A DNA stretch of 64,000 bases from Babesia bigemina (taxonomy: Eukaryota): the NCBI RefSeq assembly GCF_000981445.1, contig NC_027218.1, forward strand, positions 992,001 through 1,056,000, read 5' to 3'. Positions within the stretch are counted from its first letter, which is position 1, and each line of letters starts with the position of its first letter. The translations under genes were made by a program, and so were the position numbers. The notes under the pieces are model-generated. The model searched no databases. It was not told where the DNA came from and was given only the letters and a program-made list of their open reading frames with translations. Shown in pieces: positions 27,716-37,181 of this stretch.

Positions 27716-28256
27716 GATAGACGCCCACAAGATCGAGAGTGAAGTGCATGGAAAATACGGATGGATCGCGTACGACAAGACGGTCAAGACTCAGAAGACT
27801 AAGGAATACAACAGGCCAGACATCATCCTGGCGGATCGGCGGAGGAACACCATAACCATCGTGGAGATAGGAATCACCAATCAAGACAACCTAGTGGATA
27901 CGGAGAAGTTCAAGAAGCAGAAGTATGAAGACCTTATCGAGGACCTCAAGGCGCGACAGTTTAACCAGCAAACCAAGATCAGGGTTATCCCCTACGTTAT
28001 GACGTGGGAGGGAATAGTGACAAAGGAGCACAGCAAGTACAGACGGGACCTGGGCATATCGGATCGCATGGAAGCTCACATATAACGGGTAGTGATCCAA
28101 GAAACACATAAAATAGTGATGAGGGACATGAAACCGAAAGAAGACTACGACTCCGTAGAAGACCCTCAAGCCCTAACTGGATGGATGTCCACATGGATGG
28201 CACCAGTGACTATCTGCAACAAACCGACGTGGATTCCGCAACTAGTACCAGCGTGA
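27636..28256 (+). pseudogene. Frameshifted REL endonuclease/C-terminal part of the retroelement ORF
   Basis: The +1 frame relative to the RT ORF opens at 27636 (EYTKNHIEATEIVHSLLG...WIAYDKTVKT..NRPDIILAD..IVEIGIT..KYEDL..VIPYVMTWEGIVT). There is an in-frame TAA at 28083-28085, and the frame then continues to TGA 28254-28256. A stop at that last position is also present in all three relic copies. Confidence 0.8.
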
Positions 28257-29199
28257 GGCGGTGGCCCCGCAAACACGAAAACCGGCCCAAGGCACGTAGC
28301 CACATAGCACACTATAAGATGAGATAACTTAATTTAAGGTTATCAACTATATGAGATAACGTTTTGATAGGGGCGCTCCGATGTTCCTGGACACTTTTCA
28401 CGTTACTTCCCCACGTGGTAATTGTCTCGTGGCGTCCACCCCTCTTCTGCCAACCACCTACCTCTAGCATTTGAATTATATTATCCCTTATATAAATCCC
28501 ATGTCTCGTGTATTCGTGGTGTTCACACAGGACCACGCAGTTTGGCATTTCCTCGCATCTCAACCGTTGAGACAGAAATCCATTGAGCTGTGTTGAGCCG
28601 AATATGGTTCAGTCACATGTAATTGACTCCACATCCCACAGATTCATCACCACAACAGCGCTCAAGATGATGCTATGAAGCAGTGGCTTGTTCGTTCCCA
28701 TCCCTCCCATAATGCTAAGTCATTTGTCTGAATTAAGTTGGACCTTGAAAATTGAGGTTCGCAGTCGCAAATATGATTCACTCTAGCATTACAGGACATA
28801 TTATGTAGCACTCTATGAACACAAAAACGCATGAAACCATCTCAGTACTCATTCCCACCATTTAGCTGTCGTGGCCAGGCACTCGCATGGTAATGGCTTG
28901 TAAATAATAGTGGAGATACTGAACTACGGTGAGAGGTGCCATACAATGTCCATCTTTGAATGTTAAGTGTATTGGCGGTGTTTTAACATCTGAGGAGATC
29001 GTAGGACGTACATCTCCCACCTTCCCCACTTTATCAGTTAAGGCGTACGCAAAACAGACAGTGGCATTTAATTCATCGTAATTGCGTTGACGAGAAGTAC
29101 TGCCACTTCTATGCATTATGAAACGTTGTGATAACTAAAAGTAGTGCTGACATGACAATAACTGTAATCGTAGATGAGGTTGCGTCTGTTTCCTGCCAT

Positions 29200-29640
29200 A
29201 ATATCTGCTATTTGGCTACATTCGTCAGGCAACGCCTTTCGTGTCTCTTCATGACTTATGACACGGACTACGCTGGCTTAAGACTCGGAACCCACGTCGT
29301 ACTGTTGGTGATAGTAACTGGTGACATCCATGCTGTTTGGGTGAGAGTGTCATTTAGAGAGCCATATAATTCGTTGAGTTTTATACACCTCATCGGATAA
29401 ACTATAGCCTTCAACATATCATCTGGCGTATCTATCCCCCTTTGGGCTCCCTTACTACGTCTTCACACCTCCTCTTGTATGTCTAAGTATCGACATGGAG
29501 GCATTGGTTGGTAGCCCCGGCTTCCACTATGATTATCGCATTCGTTTGCCTATTCTGAGAGAGGTCAAATTAATAATGCTCCTTGGCCTTCTCCGTGTTG
29601 AGGCTCATGTCTTAGGCTCTCCATTGTTACCGTGGTCATG
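29200..29640 (-). mobile_element. Decayed retroelement 3' relic (endonuclease region plus 3' end) upstream of ves #1
   Basis: Minus strand translates to WRA*DMSLNTEKAKEH and NRQTNAIIIVEAGATNQ, versus element WIAYDKTVKTQKTKEY and DRRRNTITIVEIGITNQ. Nucleotide similarity to 28190-28305. Confidence 0.75.
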
Positions 29641-29939
29641 CGCCTACTCCTCACTGCCGTTCTGCCAGTATACTAGTTTACAGTTCCTTTTATCTTCACT
29701 GTGCTTCAACGTTACACTTCGAATACTCCATAGTGATGTCACATTCGCAGGCATCTCGCATAGAAGACTCCGCTCCTTTTGGAGGCATCAAAGGAAGCCA
29801 TTTTACCAGGAGATGTTTCGCCTGGGTTTTACAACATGATCTTATTCACATGACTGACGTGCATCATTCCATTTAAGGTTTCGTGAATGTATCCTCTCCT
29901 GTATTACTGGTAGATGGAGGTAATGGGGTGGAACACTAA

Positions 29940-30317
29940 TTGCAAAGGAGTGGGAGAGAAACCGATACGAATATTAATGAGCACTTCATACAGCTTTCAA
30001 CTATTGCATTGAGGCTTTGAAAGTTGGACTGTAGTTTGGGGGTCTGAAGTCACTTCCTAAGTGGACTAGAATTTGGAGCTGTCTGGGCACTGACGGTTGG
30101 GATTAGGTGAGCAAGGCGGGTGCCAGTTTTGCCGTGAATTCTAAATGCGCCCGCAATTGAGCAGACGCTTAAGTAATGTAGTTTAGAGCACTACATTACA
30201 GTTTGCCAGTCGTCCAGCGCTTATCGCATTTTTAAAACGGAGTAGGTGATCTGCAACCTCTAATTGTTGGTGGGTATATTGAAGTTGCGCATACAGTTTG
30301 TCGCTTGTTTCTGAAAT
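29940..30317 (+). promoter_or_regulatory. Conserved ves 5' flank (putative promoter/5' UTR), copy 1
   Basis: Colinear similarity with 43505-43881 and reverse complement of 60821-61200, e.g. cgaatattaa and tgttggtggg(t/c)atattga(a/g)gttgcgcatac. Function is inferred from position only. Confidence 0.5.
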
Positions 30318-33300
30318 ATGGCGCCGCAATTCAAGAAGCTGACGGACTGCCCTGAAAATTTAAGGGAGGCCATCGACTGGCTCATACAGATCAGGCATGG
30401 AGGTGATGGTCAAGGTCTTGGGAAGTTGGCGAAGGCTTTGAAAAAGTTGATTGAAAAAGTAACTGATGATGCTCTAAGAAGTCTTAGTGATGAGCAAGAT
30501 GCAAATAATAAATCTTCGGATTCAGATGCTTCTACCGAGTCGCCGTCTTCTTCGTCGTATCAGAGTCCCTCCAATCTGCTTGATGAAATTGATAAGCGCC
30601 TTGTAAAAGTTAAAGACAATATTGAAGCTGAGAAAGAAAAACTTAAGAACCATGACATGCCGGAAACTCGTCAGGCTATAAAGCATCTTGAGGCTAAGTC
30701 AGAGTCCTTGGAAATTGTAAAACAATTTGCAAAATTTTCCGAAAAACATTTGATACCTGAAGGCACTGGTAATATGCTTAATAAGTTTTGTGCTGGTTTA
30801 GAGCATTTATTAGGTTACAACTCCGGGATGTATACTGGGGATGGCATAGTGTACGGCGATTGTGACCGCCTCCGGGATGCCGTTTTGATGTTCTTTCACG
30901 GTTTGTTGGAGAGTGTGACGAATGATGATAATGTTACAACGTATGATGGTTACATTGGTGAACCTAATAAGCTTTGTAATGTCATTCGGAATCTATACTC
31001 TTCCATAGGTCGGGGTTCTGAGGAGTTTGGAAAGCAAGTTGACAGTGTGAGTGGCTGGCTTAACAAATATAACGAGCAAGTCGTCACATTAACTAATAAA
31101 GTAAAGGAGGAAATATATGATGTAAGGAATTTAATTGATATTGAAATTTCGTATATATCATCGCTTAAATCTAGTAATCTTAGAAAGATTCAGAATATTT
31201 ATGGTAATCACGTTGATGCGGCTGTTAGCCGAATGAAAAGTCTTAAAGGAAATAAAAATGGTTTTGCAGGGCTTGACAACGCATTGAGAGATATGCTGAA
31301 TGTATGTTTGGGCAAGATCGAAACGGCGGTAGAAGTTTTAACAAATTCTTCGAAGAATGAGGCATTTATTAAGTCTCTGCAAACTCTGCAGAATACTTTT
31401 AAGACCTTACCTGAGGACTTAGAGAGCTTTATAATTACGAATTTTAATGTCACTGTAAAAGATCACAAAAATAAAGTGGAGGTGTTCAAGGGAGGCATTG
31501 AGTCTACTATAAATGCTCTTCGTGATACATTTATGAAGGAACGTCTTAAGGTGGCTTTGACGGATTTGAAAAATGCTGTTATCTGCGCGAATACCAACGC
31601 TTTAAACATAGGAGGTTTAAATAATAACGTGATAAGAACGGCGATTAGCGCAATTGAACAAAGGTTGAAGACAGCAGATGATGTTGAGGATAGTGCGGCT
31701 TTGTTAGGATTGAAAACTGGAATTATTCAGACGCAGACGAATCTAATCGCAAAAGAGCTTAATGGTGCGGCACATGAAAACACTAAGGAGTTAAAAGATC
31801 TGGGAGCGTCGTTTGAAGGCCCTGATACTATGATTCGAGAGCATGAAACTGAGTTGAGTAAATTAGTTCATCAAGCAAAAGAGAATTTGTTACAGGCCGT
31901 CGCCTGCGCTAAAGATAACGCCAGTAACTTGGGTGGCTTGAAGAATAAGACGGTTGCAGCGGCGATTGATGCTATTCAAAAAAAGTTGAAGGATATTAAT
32001 GAGGGAGCGCAGGAAATCAAAACCTTTCAAGATCTTAAAAACCTCAGAAGCCACATTATTGATGGGCAGATTGCGAAGATTGCTGGAGCGCTTAATCCGG
32101 ATACCAGGGCATTGGGTGTTAAAAGTGGTTTGCAGCAATTGGCTACATCGATTGAAGCGCCTGAAAAGACATTTAATAGACTTCATCAAGTTAGTTTGAA
32201 AGAATTGACTGAAGCAGCCCAACAGTCTTTGGAAAACATTATTGCGAAAGCTCATGAATGCATTACGACTCATGGGGGGATAAATAATAAAACTGTTAAG
32301 AAGGCTATTGAGAAAATTCAGGACAAGTTGGCTAAAGAAACCGATAGTGTCGTTACTATGAAGGCTCTTACGGAGTTGAAAACCAGTTTTATGGATGATG
32401 AAATAAAGAGTATTACGATGATCCTTAATAAGAGCGCTTTGACTTCGAATGTTATAAGTGGTTTAGCAGGTAATACAACGTCGATTAAAGCTCCCGAAAA
32501 AATATTTAGTGATACGCATAAAACTACATTGGACAATTTGGCTAGTAATTCCCAGGACGATTTACAGAACGCCATAGACAACGCCATAAAATATGTTGAG
32601 TCATCGCAAGGTTCTTTGCAGAAGAAGATTGACAAGGCTTTCGAACAAGTTATTAAGTCAACGGATAGGAAAACCCAGGCTAAAGAGTTGGCACAGAGGA
32701 TGGCAGCTTCGCTGAAGGATGTAAAGAATGGGATTAATGAAAGTTACAGCGAAAGCAGCCATATTGAAGGCAAATTTACAAAATTGGACAATTATATCGA
32801 AAACATGAAGGGTGGTTATGAAGCTAAACTTCAAACAGATTCCACCAACGATGATTCCGAAATTAAACGCTGGGCAACAAGTACAATCTCTCTTATTATC
32901 ACCAACTCCCTAACAGAGGCCAACGACACGATCACCAAGGCAGACAAGGATTATATGACGGCAGTGAAAGCGCAGCTTGTGCAGATTAAATCAAAAATTA
33001 GCCAATTTAAAAAAAACGCTGATATCAATCAGCTTGTAGATGCCACCTCTAATATTGTCACTCACTTTGCCTCCATACAATCCGCCATCAAAACAAAATC
33101 CGTATATGAGGCAGACAAAATCGACCGCGAAACCTATTTCAACAACCTAATGCGGCAAACTACCGACACAGTTTCCATCCTAAAAGCTGCTTTTCAGAAG
33201 GCCTACCAGAGCTCGGCGAAAGCTTATCTCAGTGGAGCTATTAAGGAAATTAAGGAGAAGATTGTGACAGCTGAAGGTCTATACCAGCAGGCGGTTTTAG

Positions 33301-36300
33301 AACTAATTCAAAAGATTGAATCTACGGTTAGTGCGATGGAGGATAAAGCAGATCGTGATATGCTTGGAGACTTTCACACATCACTGAAACACTTTGAGGA
33401 TATACAATCCGCCATCACCACTAAGTCAGTTTTCTCCGAAGACATCATCGAACGCCAACACTTTTTCGTAAACCTCAAATCTCAAATTACAAACACAGTT
33501 TCAACTCTGCATGAGGCCTACAAAAATGCGTACAAGAGTTCAGCCAAGTCCTATCTGAGCGGAGCGATTAGGGCGATCAGGGAAAAGGTGGATGAGGCGG
33601 AGGAAGTTTATATTAGAGTGATTGATGTGCAATTGGGGCAGGTTACGTTTACTCAACTTGACGAAACCAGTTTCAAAGCTAAAAGTGCAAGGGATGATAT
33701 AAGTGCAAATCTCGTTAAACCTTTCAATAAGTTGCAAGACGCTGTACAAGCAAATTCTGCATTCGAAGATGATTACCGTGAACGTAAAAGATGTTTCAAC
33801 AATGTCAAAAAATTGATTGAAATCACAGTTACCTCTCTCTCCATCGCCTATAAGGAGGCATATCAAAAATCGGCCAAGAGTTATCTCAGCAATGCTATTA
33901 AAGAAATTAAAGACAAAGTTAAAAAGGCGGAGCAAACATATCAAAAACGCGTTGAAGAAGAAGTTCAGAAGGTTTTTGCCAGGTTTAAAGAAGTTAACGA
34001 TTCTAATTTCAAAGATAATGATGCGAGAGAGGGATTAAAACGATTTTTCGACGATGAATTCAATAATCTGTATAACGCTATTCAGAATAATTCCGCTTTC
34101 AAAAAAGATAACGCCAGTCGTATGAGCTGTTTTGAAAATCTCAAAAAAATAGCAGATAATTCAGTAAGAACTCTCGTAAGTGTCAGTGAGAAGTTTGAGA
34201 TATGCGTAGCATCGGCAAAGGCGTATCTTGATAAAGCCTTTACTGACGCCGAAAGTGGGATAAAAGAGCTGGGTATAACCATTAGAACTGAAGTAAATAG
34301 CGCATTCGAACAAATTATTGCTGAAGTCTACAGTATGTTTGCTGACGAACGCAAAGCGAGCCTAAAAGCTGTAAAATCTTTAGTTGACAAACAGTCGATG
34401 AAGGTGGGGAGCATAATCGAAAAGGACAGAATAACCGGTATTAAAGGCTTACTGCGCTGGATAAGTGATAAAATTGTAAATCTAAAAAAGGATGATTTCA
34501 AAGAGATTGTTTCCACCATCCAAGCGTTCCACAAGGAGATTTATAGGTATTTCAAATACCAAATTGATGGTTTTGATGATGAGCAAGATGAAGACGATTC
34601 TGGATCGCAAAGGCATCCTCAAAGTCAAGATGAACGTTCCAAAAACGGACTGCCTGCGCGACCTGCTCCACCTACAGTGCTAAGGCAGAACGGAGATCCA
34701 GTCCCAGGCCGTGTTGGTATGACACGTCCGACCTCGGCCAGAGGCCAAACTTTCACTTCTGTTTCTAGCCCAAAGTGTCCTATTGAGCATTATATTGACG
34801 GAGTTGAGTATCACTCTGCGCGAATGTTTACTGCATTATCAGTCGGCAGGTTCACCCATCAGTCGAGAACTATCTGCAATGATTTCATGAAATTCCTTGA
34901 ATCAATGCGTCCGTTGAACTTCGGCGGAAATTCCGATCCTTTGCTAGACATCGTGAAGTCCGGAATTCAGTCTTTCCTTACAGAGCTTAAGAGAGCGTAC
35001 ATTTCGGCGTACTGTGGATCGGCGCATGATTTCAAGTGGGAGATTGATGGTGACAATTGCGCTAAAATTTTTCTTACTAGTATCCCTGATATGCAACTTC
35101 ATTTAGATGAATTGAAGAACAAATGTAATCCACAGGTTAAGCGTTGGAGTGAAAACCAAATTAACCTAATGACAGACCCGGGAAAATTCTTTGCCTATCA
35201 CGGCTATATTGTCTCTGAACGCCACAAGCAGAATGGGGAGTTGCAAAATAAATGCGGCTTCTGGGGCAAAACCATTTATGAACGCCTCGTCGGTGAAGGT
35301 GATAAGCATGTTTACAGCAGTAATCCAAACAACCTCGAAAGGCTCTACACCTTCGTCGATAGGTACAGAAGAGTGTGTCATCTTAAATGTACTGAATCAC
35401 CTAAGCCTCCAACTACCATAAACCAGATGCTCCATTGGCTGTGTGGCCTATTTTACACTCCCATGTTTAATAAATTGAATAAGTACTTTGAGACATTGTT
35501 CGATGAAACAACGGGTAAGGAATTCAAAGTCACATTTCCGGCGAGGACTGGCATGAATATTATCCAGAAAGTAAACGCTGCATATTTAACTGGCATGTTC
35601 AACAATGTTGCCCTTGCCTCATATAAGATCCTTGTTGCCATCCTTGGGTACGGCGACGCCGACGGCCGGTACGCCTGCGACTTTTATACTAACCCACATG
35701 ATCTCGAATATCCCACCAACACAGATAAATGCTTCGACTTGCTTGTAGAAATATTGCTAAGACTGAACCATCAAATACGTTTCCTATTTAAGCAGTGCCA
35801 CAATGGCTCCACGGCGTATGGTTGGCGTGATTGTCTCTACGGCAAGGGCGTCGGCGGGTCACGTTGGCAGTGCAATGACCTTCAATGCACGGAGTGTGTT
35901 AGCGGTAAAGGGTGCAAAACCCATCCCACTTGTGGTATAAAATCGCCCCTGCAATCCTTCTTAGAGGACGGGTTACCTGGGTTCTTGCCGCATAAGTTCG
36001 AAAAGCCTGATTGTAAGATAACATGTTCTCTTGCCAACCACAACGGAATCCCGTGTAAGACGCCGATGGGTTTCCGGGACCTGAGTATAACTGCGTCTCA
36101 TATACGGACCGGTCAGCGTATTAAGGATGTGCTTGAGGGCTTTTGCGGTAAAACGCATGAATCGTTGAACCTACTTTGCGCCTATTTGCTGTGTCTACTG
36201 CGCCGACCACCGCAGACGCTGGGTGACATGTTCGCATTTTACCATAACTTCCTCGAACACTGGAAGGGCGACTCTGGTTACAGAGACCACGCACAAGTCA

Positions 36301-37181
36301 AGCAGCATAAGCATGATGCTTTCGACGAGGCCGTCAAAAGAGCCAACTTCGGAATAACCGACACAACGTTGGAAATTACTAGCATACAATACACCAAAGT
36401 TCATGACCCTAAGAATTCCGACCAGAAAAGTTCCCATCCTGAAGGCGATCTGTTCAGCCTTTTAGCTTGCGATGCTAATTCAACACCAGCTCTCCCTTGT
36501 GGCCGATATGTACAGCCTCTTTCTCTAGACGTCCGCTGCATTTTTTCCAAAACTTATGCTGACCTGTACCTATCCTGGGTCGTATACACAACGGAGGCAT
36601 TCTATAAATTACTTGAAAAATTATGGAAGGAATGTTGTGGAAACTGCAATACGCCGGGAAACAGATGTTTTGATAAAAGCTGCATTAAAACATGCCCAGT
36701 CAAGTACACCAATGAAACTGGGATTTCCATCACTCCACCTCCTAACACCAAACACGAAGCGTTATGCAACTCAATTGTCAACTGCCAAGACAGCCATCAG
36801 ACACTGTTTAAATATGGTTTCACGTTCGGGAGCCCTTATGACTTAAGTGGCGCGAATGACGGATTGGAAAAGAAACGAACGTGCCAAGATTTTTGCAACG
36901 CGCTGGCCAAAGTATGCGATGGTAAATCAGTCTTAGCCGAACTAGTCCGAATCAAAATTCCAGCATTTTTATGGGCAATCAGAGAGAAATTCTTTTACAC
37001 CCTCGTCGCCCTCTGGCTCCTCTCTTTGTTGTACCTGCTCCACATCATGGTCATCCGCCTCGACCTGCTCCACATCAAATCGCATTTACATTCACCATCA
37101 TCACATCGCATCGCCGCGCAATCACTACTCGCCGCTGCACGTGTTGGCAAACTTGCCAAGCTCACCTACCTGCAACCTTGA
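30318..37181 (+). CDS. ves: Variant erythrocyte surface antigen (VESA)-family protein #1, 2287 aa, single ORF
   Basis: N-terminal LTDCPENLREAIDWL, YTGDGIVY, long coiled-coil region, Cys-rich region with SPLQSFLED/PMGF, then TM plus RLDLLHIKSHLHSPSSHRI tail typical of Babesia VESA1-related proteins. Confidence 0.85.
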   Translation: MAPQFKKLTDCPENLREAIDWLIQIRHGGDGQGLGKLAKALKKLIEKVTDDALRSLSDEQDANNKSSDSDASTESPSSSSYQSPSNLLDEIDKRLVKVKDNIEAEKEKLKNHDMPETRQAIKHLEAKSESLEIVKQFAKFSEKHLIPEGTGNMLNKFCAGLEHLLGYNSGMYTGDGIVYGDCDRLRDAVLMFFHGLLESVTNDDNVTTYDGYIGEPNKLCNVIRNLYSSIGRGSEEFGKQVDSVSGWLNKYNEQVVTLTNKVKEEIYDVRNLIDIEISYISSLKSSNLRKIQNIYGNHVDAAVSRMKSLKGNKNGFAGLDNALRDMLNVCLGKIETAVEVLTNSSKNEAFIKSLQTLQNTFKTLPEDLESFIITNFNVTVKDHKNKVEVFKGGIESTINALRDTFMKERLKVALTDLKNAVICANTNALNIGGLNNNVIRTAISAIEQRLKTADDVEDSAALLGLKTGIIQTQTNLIAKELNGAAHENTKELKDLGASFEGPDTMIREHETELSKLVHQAKENLLQAVACAKDNASNLGGLKNKTVAAAIDAIQKKLKDINEGAQEIKTFQDLKNLRSHIIDGQIAKIAGALNPDTRALGVKSGLQQLATSIEAPEKTFNRLHQVSLKELTEAAQQSLENIIAKAHECITTHGGINNKTVKKAIEKIQDKLAKETDSVVTMKALTELKTSFMDDEIKSITMILNKSALTSNVISGLAGNTTSIKAPEKIFSDTHKTTLDNLASNSQDDLQNAIDNAIKYVESSQGSLQKKIDKAFEQVIKSTDRKTQAKELAQRMAASLKDVKNGINESYSESSHIEGKFTKLDNYIENMKGGYEAKLQTDSTNDDSEIKRWATSTISLIITNSLTEANDTITKADKDYMTAVKAQLVQIKSKISQFKKNADINQLVDATSNIVTHFASIQSAIKTKSVYEADKIDRETYFNNLMRQTTDTVSILKAAFQKAYQSSAKAYLSGAIKEIKEKIVTAEGLYQQAVLELIQKIESTVSAMEDKADRDMLGDFHTSLKHFEDIQSAITTKSVFSEDIIERQHFFVNLKSQITNTVSTLHEAYKNAYKSSAKSYLSGAIRAIREKVDEAEEVYIRVIDVQLGQVTFTQLDETSFKAKSARDDISANLVKPFNKLQDAVQANSAFEDDYRERKRCFNNVKKLIEITVTSLSIAYKEAYQKSAKSYLSNAIKEIKDKVKKAEQTYQKRVEEEVQKVFARFKEVNDSNFKDNDAREGLKRFFDDEFNNLYNAIQNNSAFKKDNASRMSCFENLKKIADNSVRTLVSVSEKFEICVASAKAYLDKAFTDAESGIKELGITIRTEVNSAFEQIIAEVYSMFADERKASLKAVKSLVDKQSMKVGSIIEKDRITGIKGLLRWISDKIVNLKKDDFKEIVSTIQAFHKEIYRYFKYQIDGFDDEQDEDDSGSQRHPQSQDERSKNGLPARPAPPTVLRQNGDPVPGRVGMTRPTSARGQTFTSVSSPKCPIEHYIDGVEYHSARMFTALSVGRFTHQSRTICNDFMKFLESMRPLNFGGNSDPLLDIVKSGIQSFLTELKRAYISAYCGSAHDFKWEIDGDNCAKIFLTSIPDMQLHLDELKNKCNPQVKRWSENQINLMTDPGKFFAYHGYIVSERHKQNGELQNKCGFWGKTIYERLVGEGDKHVYSSNPNNLERLYTFVDRYRRVCHLKCTESPKPPTTINQMLHWLCGLFYTPMFNKLNKYFETLFDETTGKEFKVTFPARTGMNIIQKVNAAYLTGMFNNVALASYKILVAILGYGDADGRYACDFYTNPHDLEYPTNTDKCFDLLVEILLRLNHQIRFLFKQCHNGSTAYGWRDCLYGKGVGGSRWQCNDLQCTECVSGKGCKTHPTCGIKSPLQSFLEDGLPGFLPHKFEKPDCKITCSLANHNGIPCKTPMGFRDLSITASHIRTGQRIKDVLEGFCGKTHESLNLLCAYLLCLLRRPPQTLGDMFAFYHNFLEHWKGDSGYRDHAQVKQHKHDAFDEAVKRANFGITDTTLEITSIQYTKVHDPKNSDQKSSHPEGDLFSLLACDANSTPALPCGRYVQPLSLDVRCIFSKTYADLYLSWVVYTTEAFYKLLEKLWKECCGNCNTPGNRCFDKSCIKTCPVKYTNETGISITPPPNTKHEALCNSIVNCQDSHQTLFKYGFTFGSPYDLSGANDGLEKKRTCQDFCNALAKVCDGKSVLAELVRIKIPAFLWAIREKFFYTLVALWLLSLLYLLHIMVIRLDLLHIKSHLHSPSSHRIAAQSLLAAARVGKLAKLTYLQP

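Larger units (their letters stand above)
25021..28310 (+). mobile_element. Non-LTR retrotransposon of the RT plus restriction-like endonuclease (R2/R4/NeSL-type) architecture; near full length, C-terminus disrupted
   Basis: RT ORF, then a degenerate zinc knuckle, then NRPDIILADRRRNTITIVEIGIT (PD..D..E nuclease motif). The 3' end is placed where homology to three relic copies stops (~28305). The 5' end is not determined. Confidence 0.88.
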
